Origin: Octopus vulgaris
Lineage: Eukaryota
Assembly (NCBI GenBank): GCA_951406725.2
Contig: OX597814.1
Span: 145,452,001-145,516,000 of the forward strand
Reading direction: 5' to 3'
Length of the DNA: 64,000 nucleotides
In this document: piece after piece, positions 53,195 through 64,000 of the stretch
Numbering within the stretch: the first letter of the stretch is position 1
Layout: the number at the start of each line of letters is the position of its first letter
Notes under the pieces: generated by a model
The model's input: the letters and a program-made list of their open reading frames with translations, nothing else
The model's database searches: none
What the model was told of the DNA's origin: nothing
Program-made: the position numbers and the translations under genes

Positions 53195-53764
53195 TTGGGT
53201 TGTCAGGAAAGTTCGTGCCGATTTATAGTAGCTTACCTTTCAACTTATTTTAGAATGTGGGTGAGCCACTAAAATAGGATTTGACTACACCTCTATTTAG
53301 AGCACAATTTAAGCTATCTTTTCGTAGAAGATGGTTTATGTTTCTATAACCTGTAATAATTCTGTAACCCTTTAAAATAGAAGATAAGTTCATTTTCGAC
53401 ACTTGATGCTTTTCTTTTTCCGTAAAGGGGAAAATGCCTCACAAGCAACCAAAGAAATATGCGCAGTTTACAGTGATGTTTCTTTATCCGAAAGAACTGT
53501 ACGGAAGTGGTTTGCAAGGTTCCGAGCTGGAGATTGTAGCCTTATTGATAAAGAGCGATCAGGCAGACCATTCACTACAGATGATGACGAAATCAAGTCA
53601 TTAATTGATAATAACTCACATTGCACAACTCGGGAATTGGCAGAAAGCCTCAACCTATCAAAATCCGTCGTTCATGAGCACCTGGTAAAGCTTGGGTAAT
53701 GGCAAGTATTTATTGACCTTTTTCTTTCCTTTAAAAATCGGCACGGACTTTCCGGACAACCCAA
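53195..53764 (+). mobile_element. Internally deleted mariner element with 30-bp TIRs and TA TSD, retaining the HTH DNA-binding region
   Basis: TIRs at 53195-53224 and 53735-53764 (2 mismatches), TA on both sides. ORF 53403..53699 reads FRKGENASQATKEICAVY...SERTVRKWFARFRAGD.SL.DKERSGRP...TTRELAESLNLSKSVVHEHLVKLG*. Confidence 0.93.
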
Positions 53765-54248
53765 TATTAGGTGACCCAAAGTTCTATTACCCAATTCTAT
53801 CGTTTCTCGGTTTACCTGTTAACAACACAACTTGGTGCGATATTCTCTAATGAATTTAAAAGGAAAGCATCTGATAGTTGGGACATAATTGCATTCTCCA
53901 TTGTTCTGTCGCTGTTGTATGGTCGTAGATTTTATTCGTGGTCATGGGGGAACCAGGCCAAGTGAACTTAGACAGAGGACAGTACATAATAATGTTCCCC
54001 TGTAGTTAATGCTGATATACGTCCCAGCAATATTTGTAAGCCATTAATGGTGCTACCTTTTCGGTGTACATGTTTATTATACATGTAGAGGAAGAAAGAA
54101 TTTTCGTAAAGCGTTTTACTACTACTACTACTACTACAGCTGCTGCTGTTACGGCTACTGCAACTACTACTGCTGACACCACCAACACCAACATGAATAG
54201 TAGTTTTAGCGATCACGCTAAGGATTAATGGTAGATGTGATAGTGTGC

Positions 54249-54282
<34 letters not shown>

Positions 54283-54386
54283 CAATAGTAGTGATTTGCG
54301 TGTGTTTATGTGTGTTTGGAAGGTGCTTTTCATGTAGTGGCAAGGACAATGTGAATTGAAGATTGTTAGCGATATAAGCTGTATCC

Positions 54387-54593
54387 AAGGTGGCGAGCTG
54401 GTAGAAATGTTATCACACCAGGCAAAATGCTTAGCGGCATTTCGTCCATCTTTATGTTCTGGGTTCAAATATCACCGACGTCTACTTCGTCTTTTCGTGG
54501 TCGAAAAATAGAGTATCAGTCGTGTATTGGAGCCGATGGTATCGGCTGGCCCCTTCCCCCAAAATTTCAGGCTTTGTACCAATAATAGAAAAG
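54387..54593 (+). mobile_element. SINE family B, diverged, short-tail variant
   Basis: Head, B box and tail CCCCCAAAATTTCAGGCTTTGTACC..TAGAAAAGA. Confidence 0.8.
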
Positions 54594-55340
54594 ATATAAA
54601 TTATATCCCTCACATTTGTAGTTGTTTTACTTTTAGCATTCTTCTTCGTTGTATATAAAATATCCGTGCATAATATCTCATGATGCAGGATGAGTAGTTT
54701 GGGGATCTTTGTAGCTTGTTGTAGCTTACTGTAACAATTAGAAACTGCTTGGAGAGGAGAGTGGTCCACAATGGATTTAATGAATCTTTTGTACGCCACT
54801 GTTGTTTTCTTCTGCTCGTCAGCTGTTGCATTTCTGATAGCTGTTGCTATGATTGCGCGTTATTTGTTTATGGTTGTGTTTCGTAAAAGGTTTGGTTGAG
54901 TTCCATGTAACTACTAATACTTGCTTCTCTTGTATGTGTGAGGGAGAGGAATGGAGAGAGTGTGGAGAAAGAGAGAGGACGCGAGACAGAGGGAGAGAGA
55001 GCGCGAGTGTTTATATTGTTGATAGCTGGTTGAATTTCATGTGTGCTACATTTATATACACATATTTTTGTCGTGGAGCTCATTTTGTCGGTGATTTATG
55101 TAGCTTTAAGTATTTGTGCAAGATATGTGTCTGCATTATAGTGGGAGGATGTGGGTTTGGTATCATTAGTGTTATGAACCAGTCTGTATATTTTGTAGGT
55201 GTGTGCGAACTTTGTGAGTTCGCGAATGTGAAAACCAGGTGAATGTTTCGTTCTCTATTGTACTCTATGCAAAACTTTGCATGTTCTGAAACTGCAGTTC
55301 CAATAAAAACTTGTGGTCTTAACAGGTAAGCTTGCTAGCC

Positions 55341-55562
55341 AAAGCGGCGAGCCGGCAGAATCCTTAGCACGCCGGGCGAAATGCGTAGCCGTATTTCGTC
55401 TGTCGCTACGTTCCGAGTTCAAATTCCGCCGTGGTCGACTTTGCCTTTCATCCTTTCGGGGTCGATTAAATAAGTACCAGTTACGCACTGGGATCGATAT
55501 AATCGACTTAATCCATTTGTTTGTCCTCTTTGTGTTTAGTCTCTTTTGGGAAGTAAAGAAAT
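55341..55562 (+). mobile_element. SINE family B monomer with 17-bp imperfect TSD
   Basis: AGGTAAGCTTGCTAGCC (55324-55340) versus AGGTGAGCTTGATAGCC (55563-55579). Confidence 0.9.
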
Positions 55563-56519
55563 AGGTGAGCTTGATAGCCTGTGTTTAGAGTTGTTTTGTA
55601 GGATAAATTTTGTATGGGCGAATGGAAGAATAAACTAAAAGGCTTTGTATGTATCAATTGTAGTTAGAATCGCGCGACTGGCTTCTTCCATTTTTATACC
55701 AAGTTAAATTGGCTGTGAGTTGTGAGGTGGTTCGGAATCATGGTGTGATTCTTTATTGAGATTTGAGAGGGGATGCGTATGTCTTAGCGCTATCAAGGAT
55801 TATCTTCTTAAGGATTATTGTTGATGGCATTTATTCAGAAGAGGTTGATGAATCTGCATCGCATTGTTTTATTATGATTTTACTGAACTTTAGTTTCGCT
55901 GACCCTTTTTTCCTTTCTGAAACATTGATAGTGTTTGCATGAAGCATGGCAAGATGACAATGCCAGCTACAACAACAACGACAACAACAAAAACAAACAA
56001 TAAATGTCGTTGTTATTTACATCCCAACGCCAGAGAGCGACAAAGAAATTATTAAAAAGAATATAAATGCTTCACATATCAAAACAAGCCTTGTAAGCTT
56101 GACATAACATTTAAATATTCCGTATTACACCTGAAAGGCAGTGAAAATATCTGAAGGATTTTCAATCACATGACATTAACGGAGCAATAATTCGGAAAAC
56201 GTTCTTAATACCTCGATACAGAACAACCAGTATTATATACGGATCACATTAGACAGAGCCATTCAGAGCGCGTATGGTCATATAGCATACATTCGAAAAT
56301 TAATAGGCGCCGATACTACCCGCTAATTTCGTTAGCGAAACGAGTTAAGAGGGTCGGCTAGAATGCCTTATAGGTATCATGCATACCTTGTGGTATATGT
56401 CTTGGCTCTTTGCGTTCTGAGTTCAAATCGTGTAACGGCCTACATGGGTGGTAGACTCAATCCAACACTGTTTAACACTACCACTCTGCTCGGCGTGATA
56501 ACTATTCACCGCCCTACGA

Positions 56520-57429
56520 TATGAGAGACTATCCAAAATAAACACGAATTTTGCATTATCGCCTTCAAATTATTCTCTTTTTGAAATCCTGCATCGGTCC
56601 AGACGCATTCTCCATTGTTCGAAGCAATCCTGGAGCTTTTGCGAAGTGATACCGTTTAACGCTTCCGTCGTTTTTGTCTTTACCTCTCCTGCATTTGCAA
56701 AACGTTTCCCTTTAAGGACTTTTTTCATTGGGGGAACAAAAAGGGTCCTGATCAACTTCCAACTGTTCGTTCAGTTCACAACACGCATTCAATTATGACT
56801 GCTTTTGATCTTTTGTGAGCAAGCGAGGCACAAATTTTGCTGTAACTTTTCATTCGAAATTCCTCGCATAAAATTCGTTGGCAGAAGCTCCAAGGCACAT
56901 CAGTCCTATCATGTTAGTTAATTGCACGGCGTCGGTCCTCCAAAATTAATTCAAGAATTTTCATAGTGTTTTCATTCGTTCGGGAAGTCGACGGTGGCCC
57001 TGAACAAAGCTGGTCCTCAAGCGTCAAGTGACCATTCCTAAAGCGTGAAAATTACTCGTAAACTTGTGTGTTGATCATGGAAGCGTCCTTATAAACTGTT
57101 TGGATCATGACAACTGTTTCGGTCGCCGTTTTCCCCAGTAGAATACAGAATTTTACGGAAGCACGCTGTTCCTTCGTTTCAGCCATTGTAAGAATCGACG
57201 AACAGGGAAGAGGCACTGCAAAACAAAGGCGCACCACGTGACAGTACAACATTGCTGGACGCGGCCGGTCGGCTGACTAATTCTTGAGGGTCGCATCAAG
57301 TGGCTTCTAGCGGTGGAAACCTGAGCTACTATAGAGAACGTTTTCACGCTTTAGGAATGGTCACTTGACGCTTGAGGACCAGCTTTGTTCCACAGAGAAC
57401 GTTTCCTGTTAGGTTTGAGTACCTCCTCG
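56520..57429 (-). mobile_element. Mariner element (irritans-like), decayed and internally deleted
   Basis: N-terminus MAETKEQRASVKFCILLGKTATETVVMIQTVYKD...QVYE*FSRFRNG, then AKFVPRLL, then C-terminus LKGKRF...CFEQWRMRLDRC...FEGD. The catalytic centre is missing. Confidence 0.85.
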
Positions 57430-58149
57430 TACATTGACAAATTAATAAACATCTGATGCTCTAGCATGGCCACAGCCTTAGGGCTGAAACATATAAAAGA
57501 ATAAAAGAATATGTATAAAAAAATTAGGTCACAAAATAAGTGTAATACAGTACAGCCAGTAATCTGTAACCAGTGAAAATGGATTGGTAACCTGTATCGT
57601 GCTTTCACTAATTGTTTTAGGTGCCTATGTAATTACTAGTTCCCTCAGTTCTCTCGCCCTTGATCCAGCTGAACATTCAAGATGTGATTGCTTGAGATGA
57701 AAGGCTGCTCTAATATCCTGACTCGTACTCATTAGAACTGTGTAAAATGGATTAGCATCATACCCAAAGAGACAACTCGTCACCTGGTCCTGAAACTGAA
57801 CCTATAACGTTATGTAAATATGAGGTAAACGCCGTGATTACAAGATGATCCATTTTCACACAACAATACTACATAAAATAAACTTCAGTTACACGCCTGA
57901 AATATTGAACTTCTTAAAAGGCATCCCCTGGTAGAATTTGATTGTTATTTCTAGCAGGTCATGCATCCATTTGGTTCATATTTTTGTTGCTAATGATATT
58001 TAGTTCCTGTTCAACCATCATTGAATAAAGCTATGAGTAAGGACATTACAACAATGACTTTCACCTCTTTCTTTCTAAATCAAAAATTATATATTGGTTT
58101 CAAATTTTGGCACAAGGCCAGCAATTTCAAGAGAGAGGGTAAGTCGATT

Positions 58150-58245
58150 TGGTTGGCCCGAAGCTATAGTAGAAACACTTACCCAAGGTGCCACGCAGTG
58201 GGACTGAACCCGGAACCATATGGTTGGTAAGCAAGCTACTCACTA
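58150..58245 (-). mobile_element. SINE family A head fragment joined to a family B tail (58085-58150)
   Basis: GGCCCGAAGCTATAGTAGAAACACTTACCCAAGGTGCCACGCAGTGGGACTGAACCCGGAACC. Confidence 0.75.
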
Positions 58246-58669
58246 TTTCTGATAAACTGTTGGCAAGCCCGTGAACGTCCTTACGCAAATTGTCACAGGA
58301 AACGGAAACCAGCCTAGGAAGTGCTCACACGGCAGTAGAAAAGAAATTAAATTTCAACACCTCTTATAAAGTTTTTAAAGTCTTGTGAAGTCTAATATAT
58401 TCTTTGTAGTCTTATACCATCTTATAAATATTTATTTTGCAATAAAATACTTACTGCGGAGAGCCTTTTTGAACACACAAATATGTTCTTTGTTAAGACG
58501 CTAAAGTATGATCAGAGGAAATTTGGCTGTTATTTCTAGAAACGCTCACGTTGGATCATTTTGTTCTCACAACCCATAGCAGCGGTAATGGATTTATTGT
58601 TCATGAAATTATATATTGTTTATATTGCTGTTGTGTGTTAATGATGATAACTATATTATCGATATCACT

Positions 58670-58862
58670 GCTGTAGATACCGGACAAAATGTATAGCGAT
58701 ATTTCTTCCGGTTTTAAGTTCTCAGTTAAAATACCACCGTAGTCGACTTTGCTTTTCATCATTTCAGTGTCGATGAAATAAGTACCATTTGAGCACTGGA
58801 GTCGATATAATCGACAGTCCCCTCCTCCCCCAAATTTCAGGCCTTGTACCTATAACAGAAAG
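58670..58862 (+). mobile_element. SINE family B, diverged
   Basis: GTCGACTTTGCTTTTCATC...AATAAGTACC...CCCAAATTTCAGGCCTTGTACC. Confidence 0.75.
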
Positions 58863-59893
58863 GCCTATTACGGCTGTGTATGGTGATAATGATGGTAGTG
58901 GTGGTATTCATACTGTATCCATAGTATTTAACTAAGCAGTTAACAAGTACGACCAACCAGCCAAAAAGGATGCATCTCTGTGGTTACTTGACTTACTAGA
59001 AATATTAGTCAGATCTGCCTCAACCGGCAAAAAGCGGGAAATGCTGTATAATATAATATGAATGTTCTAAGTTTGAATATACGAGTGATTACGGCTGGAA
59101 TGTTTTTGGTAACAATTTTCTTTGCTCAATTAGCAATAACCTGGGGTTAAGCAAAAACAGCATTAACAAGAAAAACAACAACAACAACAACGACGACAAC
59201 GACGACGATGACAACGACAGTAAACCCACTGACCAAACAACAAATAAACTAATAAACCAATCAAAACTAACCGACCTTCCTTATAACCAACCAACCAACC
59301 AATCACCAACCCTCCCCCATTACATTACATTCACACAGTTTAGTAAAAGAACACTCGCTAGACATTGGGTTTTACTGAGCGTGAAACAACCTTTCATCAG
59401 CAGTCTATTTATATGGGAACAATACAATGATGTAAATTAAATAGAATTCTTTGGAATGATAAACTGACAAGAGGACCGGGGATAGAGTAGAGGCGAGGAC
59501 GGAAAAGTGTCGCTTGGCAATAGATAATGATGCAGAGGGTGACGGTGGTAGTGGTGGTATGAACGACGAACAAGAAGACAAAAAGAATGAACAAGAGAGT
59601 GTGTGGGAGTGCGAGGGAGTTTTAGCAGTAGTAGTTGTAGTAGTAGTGGTGGGAAAGAGAGTGGGGGAGTGGGAGTTGTTTGGAGTACGTTAGAGATAGA
59701 GAAAGGAGCGGGAAAAGGAAGAAAGTAGTATATTTAAGGATGGTGGCGTAGCGGAAAGATAGATAGGTTGGTGAAATGACAGGATAATTAGAGAAGAAAG
59801 ATAATACAGTAAACGTAGATAAAAATATACACGCGCGCGGGCACACACAGATACACATACATATATCACACCCACAAACGCATATATATTTAA

Positions 59894-59930
<37 letters not shown>

Positions 59931-60130
59931 TATATACATATACATATAGGCGCAGGAGTGGCAGTATGGTAAGAAGCTTGCTTCCAAAACACCTCATTCC
60001 GGGTTCAGTCCCACTGTGTGACACCTTAGGCAAGTGTGTTCTACTATAGCCTCGGGCCGACGAAAGTCTTGTGAGTGGATTTGGTAGACGGAAACTGAAA
60101 GAAGACCGTTGTATACATACGTACATACAT

Positions 60131-60644
60131 ATATATATATATAAAACTGTAGTTGTGTGAGTGTCTGTCTCCTACGATTTAGATTCCTAACTCCTCCCAC
60201 ATTTTGCGGTGCAGTTTAACCAAATTCGGGTATCTTATAGTCGTGATTCATATCGAGCCCGCCTGGCTATTAGCGCGCGTCTACGATGAGTCTACGATTT
60301 TAAAAATAATTTAACATCGTTTTTTATTCTATTTTAATGCATAATTTTTCGTGTGTCGACGGCAGCGGAGTTGGCGTCCACGCTCAAACACCTGCACCTG
60401 TGTTTGCTTCTCCCCATTCTTCCCTCCCTCGTGAAGCTGTGGGGAAGGGAGTTTAAGGAAATCAACGTCGTAATCCGTTGTCAAGGAGACCAGCGTTCTT
60501 TTAGAACAACGACTTCATGGCTTGAAGACACCAAAACAGAAATGGCTAAGAAAGCCCGAATTGGCATCTATAGAGGAAGTAACTCTCTAAAAATGCTTTA
60601 GTTATTTCTCTTACAAACCCGAGCAACGCCGGGCGATACTGCTA

Positions 60645-60645
<1 letters not shown>
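60131..60645 (+). mobile_element. Non-autonomous Helitron, copy 1
   Basis: 3' hairpin CCCGAGCAACGCCGGG (60618-60633), then CTAG|T at 60642-60646. The 5' end merges with (TA)n. No TSD. Confidence 0.8.
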
Positions 60646-60700
<55 letters not shown>

Positions 60701-60728
60701 TATATATATATAATATATATATATATAA

Positions 60729-61234
60729 TCTATATATATAAAACTCTAGTTGTGTGAGTGTCTGTCCCCTTCGATTTAGATTCCTAACTCCTCCCACATT
60801 TTGCGGTGCAGTTTAACCAAATTCGGGTATCTTATAGTCGTGATTCATATCGAGCCCGTCTGACTATTAGCGCGCGTCAACGATGAGTCTACGATTTTAA
60901 AAATAATTTAACATCATTTTTTATTCCATTTTAATGCATAAAATGCATCGTATGTCGATGGCGGCGGAGTTGGCGTCCACGCTCACAGCTGCACCTGTTT
61001 GCTTCTCCCCCTTCCCTCCCTCGTGAAGCTGTGGGGAAGGGAGTGTAAAGAAATCAACGTCGTAATGCGTTGTGAAGGAAACCAGCGTTCTTTTAGAACA
61101 ACGACTTCATGGCTTGAAGACACCAAAATAAAAATGGCTAAGAAAGCCCGAATTTATAAGGGAAGTAACTCTCTAAAAATGCTTATATAGTTATTTCCCT
61201 TACAAACCCGAGCAACGCCGGGCGATACTGCTAG
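60729..61234 (+). mobile_element. Non-autonomous Helitron, copy 2
   Basis: A|TC start at 60729, same 3' hairpin, CTAG|T at 61231-61235; homologous to copy 1 over its full length. Confidence 0.85.
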
Positions 61235-61265
<31 letters not shown>

Positions 61266-61294
61266 TATATAATATATATATATATATAATATAT

Positions 61295-61390
<96 letters not shown>

Positions 61391-61635
61391 ATATATATAT
61401 AAGATATATATATATATATATGTGTGTGTGTGCATTTGTGTTCCTGCGTTTATCCCCCCACCATGGAGCGGTTCGGCAAAAGAGATCCGATAAAATAAGT
61501 ACTATGCTTACAAAGAATAAGTACTGGGGCTGATTGCTGAACTAAAGCCGGTGCCCCAGCATGGCTGGAGTTAAATGACTGAAACAACTAAAAGAATAAA
61601 AGAATACTTATATGTGTGTGTGTGTGTGTGTGAGT

Positions 61636-61842
61636 AAGGCGGTGAGCTTGCAGAATCGTTAGCACGCCGGGCGAAATGCGTAGCCGTATTTCGTCTGCCG
61701 TTAGGTTCTGGGTTCAAATTCCACCGAGGCCGACTTTGCCTTTCCTACTTTCGGGGTCGATTAAATAAGTACTAGTTACGCACTGGTCTGTCCTTGTTTG
61801 CCCCCTCTATGTTTAGCCCTTAGTGGGCAATAAAGAAATAAG
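61636..61842 (+). mobile_element. SINE family B with small internal deletion
   Basis: Head, core and tail. Confidence 0.87.
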
Positions 61843-62324
61843 TATGTGTGTGTTCGATTGGCTGTGCGGTGCGCGGAACCGCTTATCCACTCGGTCATTT
61901 TTTTAAGCGAGTTCGATCCTAATTGAGACAATGAACTCGCTCTTGGTACTTCCAGGTCTCCTCCTGTCAGTTGGCTCAACTTGAAAGGTCTGCGTTGTTA
62001 TTCTTTTCTGCGCTATTTACGAACGATATTGTACCTGAAGTTGATGATATAACAATGTCTATTATATTTCTGTCACGTAGTTCGATTTTTAACATTCGTC
62101 TATTTCATACGGCGTACCATTTTCTAATTTTTTAATATCTATTTTTGTTTGTTGTATCAGTTTTATACGCATTAAGTACCTTAATGCTATAATTTTATGA
62201 TTTCGGCAAGTAAATCTGTTTCCTTCGATATGAATGCGTTTGTGTATGTAAGCATGTATGTATATACACAAAGCGGTATACATTTAATTAATATTATGTA
62301 TATTGCCGTTGCGTTTGTTGCTGT

Positions 62325-62332
62325 TGTTGTTG

Positions 62333-62408
<76 letters not shown>

Positions 62409-62410
62409 CA
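62325..62410. repeat. (GTT)n-(ATT)n microsatellite
   Basis: Directly visible. Confidence 0.95.
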
Positions 62411-62809
62411 TTTGCAAATGTATTTACTTTTATTTCTTAACTTTTTAGAGTACTTTTAATTTTATTGTATGCATTCACAGCGCAGTTGTGTGCGCCTTGG
62501 GCACGAGAGCAACATTTTGTTTTGGTTTTGTGCGTTCTATTGTATTGAAATACATGCAGGAAATAAGTCACCGGAAATGGCGCTACCTTCCCGATCGCAC
62601 ATCCAAATAATACATGTTCATATATATTTTTTTTTTAATACAAAAAAATGTACTTTTGTCATTATCTTTGTATTTAATGCATCTGCAGGCATTCACATGG
62701 TAGTCTTTGTAGGATTTAATTTACATTTCAGTAATGTGTTCTTTTTTTTTAAAGTTATTTGTTAGAATAAACAGATTTGGAATTGGAAGAAATCTATACA
62801 ATAGAAATT

Positions 62810-63400
62810 GGAAGAAGTCTATACAATAAGTAAGCAGTACTTGCTAGTACTATTTTCTGTATGTTGTGCAAATTTATTAGTCCTGGTGTTTTTCTTATGT
62901 ATTTGCCTGCATGTTTTGTTATCATGCCATGGTACTTCTAAACTTTTTCCATTTCTGATTATGTTTACTTCAAAATTTTAGAATTTAACTACACCATTCT
63001 TCTTGAGAGATATGTACACTATAAATGTTTTGAGGTAATGCTTCGAATAAGGCATCCTTTCTTGTTCTTGAAAGTAATAGCCGACCAATTAGACAGGATT
63101 TCTCTCAGAATTTTGAATTGTATATCACATAGTATATTATAAAATTTTATAGCATGTTTTCTGGTGCATGTAAATACTATCACATTTCGGTTGGACATTC
63201 GTAATATTAGCGTAACTTCCAGGGCATAAAATCTGAAATCTGTCATGCATGTAGATATCTTTTAATTTGCTACAACTGGATAACTAGAAATATTGTAGTG
63301 AATTGTTTCTTTCAAGTCCTCACGCATTATTCGGTTGCTTAATATATTCTGCCTCAATACATGCTTTTACCGTGGTTTCTGGTTGATTTTATGCCACAAT
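62810..63400 (-). mobile_element. R4/Dong-like element 3' portion, heavily decayed
   Basis: Minus-strand ETIHYNISSYP and the terminal KYIRKTPGLINLHNIQKIVLASTAYLLYRLL match ETIxHIxSGCP and IPG...QKIxLLGTAHILR. Confidence 0.6.
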
Positions 63401-64000
63401 TAAGAGTCATTCACTTTCAGATTCGACTCCTGTGCTTGTTTACCCAGAGTTGCGATTTCTCTTTGTCTGTTTACATTCCTTTTCCTTGTATCAAATACTG
63501 AATAATTTCTATGTAAGGCACTTACCTTGACACCACTTTAACATAGCATTCTCTTGTCCCATTTTAAAGTTAAATTTTATATCTTTTTCGTTATTGCGAT
63601 GGTTGGTTATCCTATCTTTTCTCGTCTACGGGCTTGTCCATACATCTGTAGATTTCTCCGCAGACCTGCGCAAAACCTTTTCAATAATATTGGCACTTGC
63701 CAATTCATGCAAGTTTTCCCTCTACAGTGTAGAGTCTAAAAAATATCGATACATAACCGAAGGAAGGACTTTGATCGAGAGAACTTAGCATCAGTGTCAT
63801 CCCACACATTGATGACAAAATGCAAAAAGTCAGAGAAAATACTTCAAGTCATATATCGAAGCCCTCGAAATAGTTCTGTCGATCTACCATTTTGGATTGA
63901 TAACATCTTTATCGAACACAAAGAAACAATAGGCAAAGTTGACTTCGGCAGGAAGTAGAAAAAAAAAATCTCGCGATGTACTCCTACTACAAAGATTTAA

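Larger units (their letters stand above)
59949..61605 (+). mobile_element. SINE family A split by Helitron insertions (head 59949-60112, tail ~61420-61605)
   Basis: The two halves are colinear with the intact copies at 3496 and 46519; the interruption falls in the internal (TA)n. Confidence 0.82.

Noticed and set aside
60353-60460. Twister-ribozyme-like words (AACTCCGC, GAGGG) in the Helitron minus strand
   Set aside because: The P4 loop motif and pseudoknot partners are missing.

Overview
AT-rich, microsatellite-dense animal DNA with no recognisable host protein-coding exon, so intergenic or deep intronic. Almost all ORFs in the supplied track are translations of simple repeats. The SINE repertoire looks like an octopus/cephalopod genome (inference from recalled repeat families, not a database result). 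The window holds three tRNA-derived SINE families, decayed R4/Dong-, RTE-, CR1- and Penelope-like retrotransposon pieces, mariner, Tigger and hAT relics, two tandem non-autonomous Helitrons and a 5S rRNA pseudogene. The main result is a family of non-coding, roughly 1.5-unit tandem elements carrying type I hammerhead ribozymes (retrozyme-like). One copy at 34187-35099 (+, 602-nt period) has two hammerheads with intact cores. A diverged homologue at 27747-28607 (-, 548-nt period) has one outer end exactly at the predicted self-cleavage site. The copies share compensated RNA helices and abut (TA)n tracts. Protein-family and repeat-family names come from motif recall and manual translation; boundaries of decayed elements are approximate.
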